A stretch of 44,658 nucleotides of DNA from Desulfobacterales bacterium (GCA_030066135.1 JASJCD010000001.1:1-44658), one strand, 5' to 3'. Counted from the stretch's first letter, positions 30,267-39,777 are shown. Program-made: numbers and translations. Notes: generated by a model from the sequence alone, not told the origin.

Positions 30267-31568
30267 ATGTCCCCGACCGCAATCGGCGTGGTGGGTCTGA
30301 TCGCCCTCTTCGTTCTCATCTTCTCGCGCATGCCCGTGGGCTTTGTCATGGCCCTGATCGGCTTTACGGGTTTCAGCACGGTCGTTTCCTGGGATGCCGC
30401 CTTGAGCCTGTTCGCCAAGGATATCTTCGATGTCTTCGGCTCTTATAACCTCACCGTCATCCCCCTGTTCATCCTCATGGGACAGATTTCTTTTCATGCC
30501 GGCATCAGCACACGGCTTTTCGATGTGGCCTACAAGTTCATCGGCCACTGGCCGGGGGGGCTGGCCATCGCCACCATCGGGGCCTGCACCGGTTTTGCGG
30601 CCATCTGCGGCTCCACCAACGCCACGGCCGCCACCATGGCGGCCGTGACCCTGCCGGAAATGCGCAAGTATGACTACCACGATTCCCTGGCCGCCGGCGT
30701 CGTGGCGGCCGGCGGCAGCATGGGGATTCTGGTCCCGCCCAGCGTCATCTTCATCATCTACGGGATCATGACCGAACAATCCATCGGCGAACTCTTCATG
30801 GCCGGCATCATACCGGGGCTGCTCCTGGCGGTGCTCTTCGTCATCGCCATCGTGGTCTGGGTATCCCTGTCCCCGGAGATCGCTCCCCGGGGGCCGCGCA
30901 CCAGCCTGCGGGAACGCCTGGCTTCGCTGGCGGGCCTGATCGAAACCCTGCTGCTCTTCGCCCTCGTCATGGGCGGGCTCTTCCTGGGCTTCTTCACCCC
31001 CACCGAGGCCGGCGCCGTGGGAGCCTTCGGATCGATCCTGATCGCCGTCCTGCGCCGCAACCTTACGGTGCGGGGCTTCATCCAGTCCCTCTTCGAAACC
31101 ACCCGCATCTCCTGCATGATCCTGGTGATCGTGGCCGGTGCCACGGTGTTCGGCCATTTTCTGGCCGTCACCCGGATTCCCTTCGACATCGCCGCCTGGG
31201 TGGCGGGGTTCAACCTGCCGCCCTGGGCCATCATGAGCATGATTATCACGGCCTACCTCGTGGGCGGCTGCGTGATCGACGCCCTGGCCCTGATCATGCT
31301 CACCGTGCCGATCTTCTACCCGGTGGTGACCGCCATGGGCTACAACCCCATCTGGTTCGGTGTGATCATCGTGCTGGTGACCCAGATTGGTGTGATCACC
31401 CCGCCGGTGGGGGTCAACGTCTACGTGGTGAGCGGCGTGGCCCGCGATATCCCCCTGCAGGTGATCTTCAAAGGCGTCGTCCCGCTGTTGATCGCCCTCG
31501 TGGTCGGCACCTTGCTGATGCTGCCTTTTCCCCAGATCGCCCTCTATCTGCCCGGCCTGATGCGGTAG
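30267..31568 (+). CDS. dctM: TRAP transporter large permease
   Basis: IPLFILMG, GILVPPS, TPTEAG and ITPPVG motifs. Start at ATG 30267. Confidence 0.95.
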   Translation: MSPTAIGVVGLIALFVLIFSRMPVGFVMALIGFTGFSTVVSWDAALSLFAKDIFDVFGSYNLTVIPLFILMGQISFHAGISTRLFDVAYKFIGHWPGGLAIATIGACTGFAAICGSTNATAATMAAVTLPEMRKYDYHDSLAAGVVAAGGSMGILVPPSVIFIIYGIMTEQSIGELFMAGIIPGLLLAVLFVIAIVVWVSLSPEIAPRGPRTSLRERLASLAGLIETLLLFALVMGGLFLGFFTPTEAGAVGAFGSILIAVLRRNLTVRGFIQSLFETTRISCMILVIVAGATVFGHFLAVTRIPFDIAAWVAGFNLPPWAIMSMIITAYLVGGCVIDALALIMLTVPIFYPVVTAMGYNPIWFGVIIVLVTQIGVITPPVGVNVYVVSGVARDIPLQVIFKGVVPLLIALVVGTLLMLPFPQIALYLPGLMR

Positions 31569-31573
31569 TTTGT

Positions 31574-31614
31574 GGGTTCTGGGTTCGGGGTTCCAGGTTC
31601 TGAGTTGGGGTTCA
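31574..31614. repeat. 7-bp tandem repeat array (GGGTTCN) at a convergent junction
   Basis: gggttct gggttcg gggttcc aggttct gagttgg ggttca; same unit as at 25160. Confidence 0.75.
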
Positions 31615-31661
31615 CAGAATTGGCTGACGCCTGATTACTGAAACCTTCACGCGGGAGCGAT

Positions 31662-32456
31662 CTACGGCTTGCGGGGCGTGCGGCCCTTTGGCCGGGGACG
31701 CGCTTTGGTGCTTTTTGGCGGGACGGCCGACCTGGGGCGGACCGCCGGCTGTGGTTTCGACGGTGCGGTCAACCCTTTGACCTCCTCCGACGTCAGGTGA
31801 CGCCACTGGCCGGGTTTGAGATCACCCAGATGGATGTTGGCCACGCGCATGCGGTGCAGGCGCAGCACCTTGTGGCCCACCTTGCGCACCATCCGTCGGA
31901 TCTGGCGGTTCCTGCCTTCCTGCAGGACGATCTTGAACCGGCTGGCGGAAAGGCGGGTTACCCGGGCCGGTCGGGTGCGCGTGCCCATGAGGGGCATGCC
32001 CTGGGCGAGTCGCCGCAGCGCCCCTTGCGGTATCGGCCGGTCCACGGTTACCTCGTATTCCTTTTCATGGTCAAAGGAGGGGTGCAGCAGGCGATGGTGG
32101 AGCGGCCCGTCGTTGGTCAGGAGCACCAGGCCGGTGGAATCCTTGTCGAGCCGCCCGATGGGATAGACCCGCGCCTCGAGGTCGATCAGGTCGAGCACGA
32201 CCGTGGTGTCGTCCTGATCGCAGGAAGTCACGACCCCCTCGGGCTTGTGGAGGGCCAGATGGATCAGCCCGGAGCGGTCGACCACCCGCCGGTTGTCCAC
32301 TTCGACCCGGTCGGTGTCCGGGTCGATCTTGGTCCCCAGCACGGTCACGACCTGCCCGTTGACCCGTACACGTCCCGCCGCCATCAGCGCTTCGCCTTTG
32401 CGGCGCGAGCAGACACCGGCCGCCGAGAGGAATTTTTGCAGACGCATCAAGCCCAT
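31662..32456 (-). CDS. rRNA pseudouridine synthase, RsuA/RluB family with S4 domain
   Basis: RLQKFLSAAGVCSRR, GRLDKDSTGL and EGRNRQIRRM motifs. Confidence 0.93.
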   Translation of the reverse strand: MGLMRLQKFLSAAGVCSRRKGEALMAAGRVRVNGQVVTVLGTKIDPDTDRVEVDNRRVVDRSGLIHLALHKPEGVVTSCDQDDTTVVLDLIDLEARVYPIGRLDKDSTGLVLLTNDGPLHHRLLHPSFDHEKEYEVTVDRPIPQGALRRLAQGMPLMGTRTRPARVTRLSASRFKIVLQEGRNRQIRRMVRKVGHKVLRLHRMRVANIHLGDLKPGQWRHLTSEEVKGLTAPSKPQPAVRPRSAVPPKSTKARPRPKGRTPRKP

Positions 32457-32468
32457 GGCCTTCTTCCA

Positions 32469-33653
32469 TCAGGTGCGGTAGTCCGCGTTGATTCTGACGT
32501 AATCCAGCGAAAAATCGCAAGTCAGCAGCCGGGCGGTTGCTGTTCCCAGATTCAGGTCGAGGGTCACGGCAAAGGTGGGCCGTTTCAATACCGCCGTGGC
32601 CCGGGCTTCCGCTTCCGGCCCGCAGCCCACACCGGCAGCAACCATCTGGACATCATCGAAATAGAGCGCGAGACGATCGGGATCCAGCGCAACACCAGCA
32701 CGCCCGGCCGCTGCCAGAATACGACCCCAGTTGGCATCCTGGCCGAAAAAAGCGGTCTTTACCAGGGGCGAATGGGCGATCGTATCGGCCACCTGCAGCG
32801 CCTCGGCCGGGGTGCGGGCACCCTGCACCCTGATCTCCACCGTTTTGTTGACCCCTTCGCCGTCACGCACGATCCAGCGGGCCAGTTCCAGCAGCATGTC
32901 CTCCAGCAGGGCCGCGAAATGTTCTTCATCCGCCGCGGTCGCGAGGCGGGCCCCGCTCTGTCCATTGGCCATGAGAATGACCGTGTCGTTGGTGCTCGTG
33001 TCGCCGTCGATACTGATGCGGTTGAAGGAAGCATCCACCGCCCGGCGCAGCGCCTGGCCCAAAAAGGCTTGCGGCACCTCGGCGTCGGTACAGGCGAAGC
33101 AGAGCATGGTGGCCATGTCCGGTCGGATCATCCCGGCGCCCTTGGCCACGGCCATGATATGATAAGGGCGGTCACCAGCCCGGCCGGCGCGGAAAACCTG
33201 TTTGGGTTCGGTGTCCGTGGTCATGATGGCCCGGGCCAGATGGTCGAAGCCGTCAGCCGCAAGATGCTCAACCAGCACCGGTGCGGCGGCCTCGATTTTC
33301 TCGACAGGCAGGGGCTGCCCGATCACGCCGGTCGAGGCCACCAGCACATCGGATTCTGCAATCCCCAAAGCGCCGGCCGCGGCCGCCCCCATGCGCTCGG
33401 CATCCTGCAGTCCGCGATTCCCCGTGCAGCAGTTGGCATTGCCGCTGTTGACGATGACGGCCCGGCTCCGCCCGGAGGCAACACGCTGCCGGTCGAGCAC
33501 CACCGGAGCTGCCTGGACCTGGTTGCGGGTGAAAACGGCGGCAAGGACGGCCGGTGTTTCCGAATATATCAGGCCGAGATCCAGTTCGCCTTCCTTTTTC
33601 AAACCGGCGTGCACCCCGGCGGCCTTGAACCCCAAGCATTGTTCTGTGTTCAT
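32469..33653 (-). CDS. argJ: Bifunctional ornithine acetyltransferase/N-acetylglutamate synthase
   Basis: NSGNAN, STGVIG, KGAGMIRPDMATML, DGDTSTND, DGEG and DANWGR motifs. Start at ATG 33653. Confidence 0.97.
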   Translation of the reverse strand: MNTEQCLGFKAAGVHAGLKKEGELDLGLIYSETPAVLAAVFTRNQVQAAPVVLDRQRVASGRSRAVIVNSGNANCCTGNRGLQDAERMGAAAAGALGIAESDVLVASTGVIGQPLPVEKIEAAAPVLVEHLAADGFDHLARAIMTTDTEPKQVFRAGRAGDRPYHIMAVAKGAGMIRPDMATMLCFACTDAEVPQAFLGQALRRAVDASFNRISIDGDTSTNDTVILMANGQSGARLATAADEEHFAALLEDMLLELARWIVRDGEGVNKTVEIRVQGARTPAEALQVADTIAHSPLVKTAFFGQDANWGRILAAAGRAGVALDPDRLALYFDDVQMVAAGVGCGPEAEARATAVLKRPTFAVTLDLNLGTATARLLTCDFSLDYVRINADYRT

Positions 33654-33731
33654 TCTGATTGCCCTCTTCATGAAATTGGATGCCGGCTGAATTTCCGCCG
33701 CTTGAGGCTCTTTGCCCCAAAGGCGCGCGCA

Positions 33732-33788
33732 TGTCAACGCTGGGCCCTGAACGCCGTGCTTGACAAGGCGCCATCAGGGGCATAAACC
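33732..33788. promoter_or_regulatory. Back-to-back divergent promoters (argJ versus selenoprotein-AEC-truA)
   Basis: TTGACA on minus (33732-33737) and on plus (33760-33765). The plus one has TAAACC at 17-nt spacing. Confidence 0.4.
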
Positions 33789-33825
33789 TTCCCGACATCG
33801 CCTTGACCGCATGAAAGGATTCTCA

Positions 33826-34008
33826 ATGGACAACTCCCGACCGACCTGCGCCGGCTGCGGCCAGCCGCTGACCGTCAAACGCGCCTGACGCCGCGTTTAT
33901 CTCCACTGCCGGGTGTGCAGTGTCGATTATTCCATGGAAGCCTATGCCCAGCTAATCGACGACGAACTCGAAGAACGGCTGGCCCTTATCCCCTGTGATC
34001 GGATCTGA
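33826..34008 (+). CDS. Small dual-CxxC selenoprotein (60 aa, Sec at codon 21)
   Basis: Manual translation MDNSRPTCAGCGQPLTVKRA-U-RRVYLHCRVCSVDYSMEAYAQLIDDELEERLALIPCDRI. AAGGA RBS; TGA at 33886-33888; SECIS-like hairpin; ends 6 nt before the next gene. Absent from the ORF track. Confidence 0.85.
33904..33922 (+). promoter_or_regulatory. Bacterial SECIS-like hairpin
   Basis: CACTGC-CGGGTGT-GCAGTG; G-rich loop about 22 nt after the UGA. Confidence 0.7.
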
Positions 34009-34014
34009 CCCCTC

Positions 34015-34926
34015 ATGGTGCTGAGCAGCCTGTTCCCCGTGGTTGTGCTGATCGTGCTGGGGCGCGCGCTGAAGTACTACGGTCTGACCGACGAGGCTTT
34101 TCTGAGCCGCTCCGACCGGCTGGTCTACTATATTTTCTTCCCGGCCCTGCTGTTCTGGAAAATCGGCGGTTCGCCGAGCACCAGCCCGATCGACTGGGGG
34201 CTTTTCAGTGCCGCCTTTCTGGCGGTGCTGACCATTTATGCCCTTTCGCTGGTCTATATCCGCTGGCGTGTGACGGACTATCAGGCCGGGACCTTCTCCC
34301 AGAGCTGCTACCGTTTCAACACATACATCGGCATGGCCATCGTCATCAATGCCTATGGCCCTGAGGGCGCCCGCACCTTCGGTCTGCTGGTGGGATTCAT
34401 CATACCGATTATCAACGTTCTGGCCGTTTCTACGCTGATCTGGTTTTCGGGCCAGTCCTATGCGCGCGGCAAGCGTCTGCGCCTGACCGCCAAAGCGCTG
34501 GTCTCCAACCCACTGATCCTGGCGTGTCTGGCCGGCATGCTTTTCTCCCGGGCCGGCGGTCATCTACCCGACTTTGCCGCCGCCGCCCTCAAGTTGATGG
34601 CCGCCATAACCCTGCCGCTGGCCCTGCTTTCCATAGGCGGCGCCCTGACGATGCGGACGGCCCGCGGTTATTTGGCGCCGTCGCTGGCGGCGGCCGCCTT
34701 CAAGCTGATTGGTTTACCCTTGGTCGGTCTGGGATTTCTGAAACTCTTCGGCGTTCAGGGCGCGCCCCTGCAGATCGGGATGCTCTTGTTCGCCCTGCCG
34801 ACCTCGACCGCACTTTACGTGCTCTCGGCCCAGTTGAACAGCGACACCCGCCTGGCGGCCGCTTCCATCGTGGTCTCGACCGTGCTTTCGTTTATATCCC
34901 TCTCACTGGTGCTGATTTACTTTTAA
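34015..34926 (+). CDS. AEC (auxin efflux carrier) family transporter
   Basis: LVYYIFFPALLF, RFNTYIGMA, NPLILA, LPLALLSIG and FKLIGLP motifs; about 10 TMs. Confidence 0.9.
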   Translation: MVLSSLFPVVVLIVLGRALKYYGLTDEAFLSRSDRLVYYIFFPALLFWKIGGSPSTSPIDWGLFSAAFLAVLTIYALSLVYIRWRVTDYQAGTFSQSCYRFNTYIGMAIVINAYGPEGARTFGLLVGFIIPIINVLAVSTLIWFSGQSYARGKRLRLTAKALVSNPLILACLAGMLFSRAGGHLPDFAAAALKLMAAITLPLALLSIGGALTMRTARGYLAPSLAAAAFKLIGLPLVGLGFLKLFGVQGAPLQIGMLLFALPTSTALYVLSAQLNSDTRLAAASIVVSTVLSFISLSLVLIYF

Positions 34927-34948
34927 AAACCCTGCAGGGGATAACCCC

Positions 34949-35710
34949 ATGACCACCGCCGCAACCGACACGGCCCGCCATTTCAAACTGATCATCGAAT
35001 ACGACGGCACCGATTATTGCGGCTGGCAGCGGCAGAAAAGCGATCCCAGCATCCAGGGCGCCATCGAGGACGTGCTGGCCCGCATGACCCGGACGGCGGT
35101 CACCCTGCACGGTTCCGGCCGCACCGACGCCGGTGTGCATGCCCTCGGCCAGTGCGCCCATTTCAGCGCTGTGACCCGGCTCTCCAGCGAAGAACTGCTC
35201 AAGGGCATGAACAGCCTGCTGCCGGACGCCATCGCCATCCAGGCCTGCGAGGAGGTCGGTTCCGATTTTCATGCCCGTTTCAAGGTCCGGCACAAAACCT
35301 ACCACTATCGCATCCTCAACCGCCCCCAAAAAGCGGCCATCGGCCGCCAGTACGCCTGGCATATCCGGCGGCCGCTCGATCGTGAGGCCATGAATGCCGG
35401 CAGCACCCACCTCGTAGGCCGTCATGATTTCAAGGCCTTTGAAGCCACCGGCAGCCCCCGGCCCCACACCGTGCGCCACGTGATGACCGCCCGCTGGGAA
35501 CGCGGCGCAGGGCAACACCTGGTCTTCGAAATCCGGGCCGACGGTTTTCTTAAATTCATGGTCCGCAATATCGTGGGAACACTGGTGTCGGTGGGTCTGG
35601 GAAAGATCGAACCGGACGCGGTCAGAACGATCCTGGCGTCGGGCGACCGCCGGCAGGCCGCGGCCACGGCCCCGCCCCACGGCCTGTTTCTGATGCAGGT
35701 CACATATTAA
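34949..35710 (+). CDS. truA: tRNA pseudouridine(38-40) synthase
   Basis: YDGTDYCGWQ, GSGRTDAGVHA, FHARF, HDFKAF, FLKFMVRNIVG and TAPPHGL motifs. Confidence 0.97.
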   Translation: MTTAATDTARHFKLIIEYDGTDYCGWQRQKSDPSIQGAIEDVLARMTRTAVTLHGSGRTDAGVHALGQCAHFSAVTRLSSEELLKGMNSLLPDAIAIQACEEVGSDFHARFKVRHKTYHYRILNRPQKAAIGRQYAWHIRRPLDREAMNAGSTHLVGRHDFKAFEATGSPRPHTVRHVMTARWERGAGQHLVFEIRADGFLKFMVRNIVGTLVSVGLGKIEPDAVRTILASGDRRQAAATAPPHGLFLMQVTY

Positions 35711-35965
35711 GAAACATCCTCAATTATCTTCTATACCGCGATCTGCGGCGGGCGTTCATGGGCCCCCCGAAATACCAAGGTGTCCCTGCGGTTTGGTCCC
35801 GCCAGTCACATCGGAGTGGAAGAGAAACCGGACGCAGCGTGCGAACGCCCGGCCGTCTTGAACGGGAACCGATATTTATTATGTGATAGGGATTCGGGGG
35901 GCGACCGGCTGACTTGGTTAGTCGAGAAGCGCGTGTTGAGGTCCCCGTTACGGGGCCGGCGGCGT

Positions 35966-37786
35966 TCAGGTGGCCTGCGCCGGCCCTTTCATCTTCTGGA
36001 TCCGCTCGTTGTAGAAAGCGATCACCTCGCGGCGGTTCAGCATCCCCACCAATATGCTGTGATCATCAGCTTTGACAACGGGCAGGCTGTCGATATTCTT
36101 CTTGGTGAACTTGGTAAGGACGGTGTTCAGGTCTTCCTCGGGCGTCGTGAAGATGATGTCTGAAGTGGCGATATCGCGCATCACGATCAGGTTCTCGATC
36201 TCGGAAGAGAAGAGGACACTGCGAATATCGGTGCTCGAGAAGATCCCGTTCAGGCGGCCGTTCTGGTCCATCACCGGGAAATAGTGCTGCTTGGTCTTGG
36301 CGAAGAAGCGCTTGAAGTCGACAAAGCGCATATCCTCCGGAATCATCCGCACCTTGCGGATATGCGGGACCAGATCCTGCACGCGGATGGCCTGCAGAAT
36401 ATCCACAAAAAATTCACCGGCATGCGCCGGGGAAGCGATGCGGTTCTTGGGCTGCTTCTCGTAGATCGTCCAGCGCTGCGCGGCCAGGTAGGCCACCGAG
36501 CAGACCAGCAGGCTGGGCAGCAGCAGCTGGTAGGAATCGGTCATCTCGCTCACGAAAATGATGGTGGAGATGGGGGTGTTGGATACGGCCGTGAAGAAAC
36601 CGGCCATGCCCACCACCACGAAGGCGCCGGGTTCGGTGACGACGCCGGGCATGATCGTGTGGAAGACCCGGCCCACGGCACCGCCCATGGCCCCGCCAAT
36701 CACCACCGAGGGCCCGAAGACGCCGCCGCTGCCGCCCGAGCCGATCGAAAACGAGGTGGTCATGACCTTGCCGATGGCCAGAGCCAGGAGAAAGGAAACG
36801 CTCAACTCATTGAACAGGGCCTGCTGGGCAAATCCGTAGCCGAAAGCCAGGCACTGGGGGAAGTAAAAACCGATCATGCCGGTGCAAAGCCCCCCCAGGG
36901 CCGGCTTGAGATGGTTGGGAATTTTGATGCCTTTGAAAAATGCCGTCACCCCGTAGAAAGCCTTGACGTAGAAAATGCCGGTGCCCACGAGCACCAGGGA
37001 CAGAACGAGATAGGGTCCCAGTTCGAGCGGATTGGTGAATTCGAAGGGCGGGGTGTCGAAAAGCGATCCCCAGCCGAAAACCAGGCAGAAAAGGCAATAG
37101 GCCACCACCGAAGAGATGCCGGCCGGGATGATGACTTCAGACTCGAACTCCGGATCGCGGTAGAGGACTTCCGCCGCAAACAAGGCGCCTGCCAGGGGCG
37201 CCCGGAAAATACTGCCGACCCCGGCACTGATGCCGGCGGCCATCATGATACGCCGCTCGCGCTCGGAGAGTTTGAGGCGCGAAGCCAGAAAGGCGCCGAA
37301 GCCCGCCCCGATCTGAGCGATGGGCCCTTCTCGCCCGCCCGAGCCACCTGTCGTCAGGGTAATGGCCGAGGCGATTGTTTTCACGATCGGCACGCGGCCG
37401 CGCATGAAGCCGCCCTTGTTGTGATAGGCATCGATAGCCGAATCCGTGCCGTGGCCCTCGGCTTCAGGCGCAAAGGTGTAGACGATCCAGCCGCTGACGA
37501 TGCCGCCCAGGGCCGGAAGGATCAGCAGAATATAGCGGTTGAAGGGTCTTCCGGTGGGGGGCCAGGGGTGGTGTTCGCCAGCCGGTCCCGGCGGGACGTA
37601 GCCGGCCATGAAATCCATGAACCAGTGCATCCCCAGAAGGCAGAGATAGTGAAATACGATGGAGCCCAGCCCGGCAATGATGCCAATGATCAGAAAGTAG
37701 AAAGACCATTTCCCGGCGCGAGATATACGGGAAGAGAATTCCTCCGGATCCGATGGCTGCAATCGTTTCAAAAAGGTTAGGCCCAC
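35966..37786 (-). CDS. ClC chloride channel/antiporter family protein with C-terminal CBS pair
   Basis: GSGGREGP, FRAPLAG, GGVFGP and EMT motifs; CBS domains (FPVMD, LPVVK). Confidence 0.92.
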   Translation of the reverse strand: MGLTFLKRLQPSDPEEFSSRISRAGKWSFYFLIIGIIAGLGSIVFHYLCLLGMHWFMDFMAGYVPPGPAGEHHPWPPTGRPFNRYILLILPALGGIVSGWIVYTFAPEAEGHGTDSAIDAYHNKGGFMRGRVPIVKTIASAITLTTGGSGGREGPIAQIGAGFGAFLASRLKLSERERRIMMAAGISAGVGSIFRAPLAGALFAAEVLYRDPEFESEVIIPAGISSVVAYCLFCLVFGWGSLFDTPPFEFTNPLELGPYLVLSLVLVGTGIFYVKAFYGVTAFFKGIKIPNHLKPALGGLCTGMIGFYFPQCLAFGYGFAQQALFNELSVSFLLALAIGKVMTTSFSIGSGGSGGVFGPSVVIGGAMGGAVGRVFHTIMPGVVTEPGAFVVVGMAGFFTAVSNTPISTIIFVSEMTDSYQLLLPSLLVCSVAYLAAQRWTIYEKQPKNRIASPAHAGEFFVDILQAIRVQDLVPHIRKVRMIPEDMRFVDFKRFFAKTKQHYFPVMDQNGRLNGIFSSTDIRSVLFSSEIENLIVMRDIATSDIIFTTPEEDLNTVLTKFTKKNIDSLPVVKADDHSILVGMLNRREVIAFYNERIQKMKGPAQAT

Positions 37787-37876
37787 ATCTGCTCCATCGC
37801 CATGAATGCCCGTCGTAGGGTGCGTCCCCCGCCGGCAATGGGTTTGCCGTGGCAGGTGAGCGAAATCAAATTAGGA

Positions 37877-37962
37877 TTTTTAGCCACTCGTCCGGGGAAA
37901 TGCAAGTAAAATAAGACGTCCCGCCACCCGGACTTGAAGCCGCACAGCGGCAGTGCTATAAG
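37877..37962. promoter_or_regulatory. Divergent sigma70 promoters (ClC / aminotransferase)
   Basis: Minus: TTGCAT-N17-TAAAAA (37905-37877). Plus: TTGAAG-N17-TATAAG with extended TG (37934-37962). Confidence 0.45.
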
Positions 37963-38019
37963 AGATGACCGCCCACCGCCGCCCCAACACTGATCAACAT
38001 TACACGAGAAGGGAATGCC

Positions 38020-39297
38020 ATGTCCGATCTCAACGTCATGCCCCGGGAAGAACTGACCGTGTTGCGCCAGCAGTTGCGTGAACGTTTCGAGCGCTTCAAG
38101 CAAGCCGGTCTGAGCCTGGATCTGACCCGCGGCAAACCCTGCCCCGAACAACTCGATCTCTCCAATCCCATGCTGGCGGTCGTCAGCGAAGACGGTTTTC
38201 GGGCCGCAGACGGCACCGATTGCCGCAATTATGGTGGATTGGACGGCATTCCCGAGGCCAAAGCCCTGTTCGCGGAATACATGGGGGTGACGCCCGCGGA
38301 GGTGATCATCGGCGGCAATGCCAGCCTGACCCTGATGTACGACACGTTCATACGCGCGATGTTCATGGGAACGGGCGAGGGCCAACCGCCCTGGGCTAAA
38401 ATGGCCAAGGTCCGTTGTATATGCCCCAGCCCCGGCTACGATCGCCACTTTTCGATCTGCGCCAATCTGGGCATCGAGATGATACCGGTGGAAATGAATG
38501 CCACGGGCCCGGATATGGACGCGGTTGAAAGCCTGGTGGCGGAGGATGAGACCATCAAGGGTATCTGGTGTGTGCCGATCTACAGCAATCCCACCGGGGA
38601 CATCTACAGCGATGAAACCGTGGACCGCCTGGCCCGTATGCCCACGCGTGCGCAAGACTTCCGCATCTTCTGGGACAACGCCTACGCAGTTCACCATTTC
38701 GCGGGCGATCCGCCCGCCCAGAAGCATATCCTGACGGCCTGCAAAGAAGCCGGCCACCCCGAACGACCGCTGATGTTCGGCTCCACCTCCAAGATCACTT
38801 TTCCCGGTGGGGGTCTGGGCCTGCTGGCCGGCAGTGCGCGCAACATGGATTGGGTCCGTCAGCAGCTGTTTTACCAGACCATTGGCCCGGACAAGCTCAA
38901 CCAGCTGCGCCATGTGCGTTTTTTCGGCAATCTCGAGGGCATCCACCGTCACATGCAAAAGCATGCTGCCATCGTGCGCCCGCGTTTCGAGGCCGTCGAA
39001 ACCATTCTGACGCGCGAACTGGCAGGCCGGGGGATCGCCGAATGGACCCGCCCGCAAGGCGGCTATTTCGTAAGCTTCAACGCGCCGGACGGGTGCGCCC
39101 AGGCCGTGGTGGCCATGGCCCAGGAGGCGGGCGTCAAACTGACTCCGGCCGGGGCCACCTATCCATTGGGCATCGATCCGCGCGACCGCAACATCCGGAT
39201 CGCCCCGACCTTTGCCGCCCTGGAAGACGTCAACGCCGCCGTGGAAGTCCTGGCCGTATGCACCCAGATCGTCAGCATCGAAAAGATTTTGGGATAA
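38020..39297 (+). CDS. PLP-dependent aminotransferase class I/II (actinobacterial AspT-like aspartate aminotransferase family)
   Basis: LDLTRGKP, RNYGGLDG, PGYDRHF, YSNPTG, WDNAY, STSKITF (PLP Lys) and NIRIAP motifs. Confidence 0.9.
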   Translation: MSDLNVMPREELTVLRQQLRERFERFKQAGLSLDLTRGKPCPEQLDLSNPMLAVVSEDGFRAADGTDCRNYGGLDGIPEAKALFAEYMGVTPAEVIIGGNASLTLMYDTFIRAMFMGTGEGQPPWAKMAKVRCICPSPGYDRHFSICANLGIEMIPVEMNATGPDMDAVESLVAEDETIKGIWCVPIYSNPTGDIYSDETVDRLARMPTRAQDFRIFWDNAYAVHHFAGDPPAQKHILTACKEAGHPERPLMFGSTSKITFPGGGLGLLAGSARNMDWVRQQLFYQTIGPDKLNQLRHVRFFGNLEGIHRHMQKHAAIVRPRFEAVETILTRELAGRGIAEWTRPQGGYFVSFNAPDGCAQAVVAMAQEAGVKLTPAGATYPLGIDPRDRNIRIAPTFAALEDVNAAVEVLAVCTQIVSIEKILG

Positions 39298-39308
39298 AGG
39301 CCCGTCGT

Positions 39309-39389
39309 CTATCGGGGTCGGCATCGGGATCGCTAGCGGGTCCCGAACAACCAGTGCGGTCCGCCTAATCGCCATGCCGATACCGATAG
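39309..39389. repeat. Inverted repeat built from ATCGGN hexamers at a convergent junction
   Basis: CTATCGGGGTCGGCAT (39309-39324) versus ATGCCGATACCGATAG (39374-39389), 14/16 complementary. Confidence 0.7.
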
Positions 39390-39442
39390 CGGCACGGTCC
39401 CTGAGGTGATCGGCCCAAGTACAGCCTTTATGGCGCCCAAAT

Positions 39443-39480
39443 AAAAAAAGCGCCCGATCCGCAGAGCGGAAGGGGCGCTT
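39443..39480 (-). terminator. Rho-independent terminator of the PxxKW gene
   Basis: Stems AAGCGCCC/GGGCGCTT and TCCGC/GCGGA, followed by a T7 run on the minus strand. Confidence 0.75.
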
Positions 39481-39498
39481 GGGTGTGTCGAAGAAAAT

Positions 39499-39777
39499 CT
39501 ATCGGCTGGCGCGCTTGGAAGCCTTGAGCGGATTGATCTTCTGCTTGCTGCCAGTGGCCTGGCGGCTTACATGCGTAGCCATGTTGCAGTGGCCGCTCTT
39601 CCATTTGACGCTGGGCTCGGGACAGGCGGTGCAGAACCAACCGGAAGTGTATTCGGTCTTCCGGTTGCAGCCGTCACAGTGCTCGACCGTCTCATGGCAG
39701 ATACCACCATTGTAAGAACATCCGCTGGCGGTCATGAACGGGCACTCCTGATCTTTGCGAACGGTTGTACAATGCAA
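39499..39777 (-). CDS. PxxKW family cysteine-rich small protein
   Basis: Multiple Cys, PEPSVKW, CNMATH and C-terminal KINPLKASKR. TTG start with AAGGAGGTG RBS. Confidence 0.85.
   Translation of the reverse strand: MHCTTVRKDQECPFMTASGCSYNGGICHETVEHCDGCNRKTEYTSGWFCTACPEPSVKWKSGHCNMATHVSRQATGSKQKINPLKASKRASR

Noticed and set aside
31797-33785. 662-aa plus-strand ORF
   Set aside because: Antisense to argJ and the pseudouridine synthase; no recognisable domain.
36284-39375. 498-aa (+) and 532-aa (-) ORFs
   Set aside because: Antisense shadows of the ClC and aminotransferase genes.
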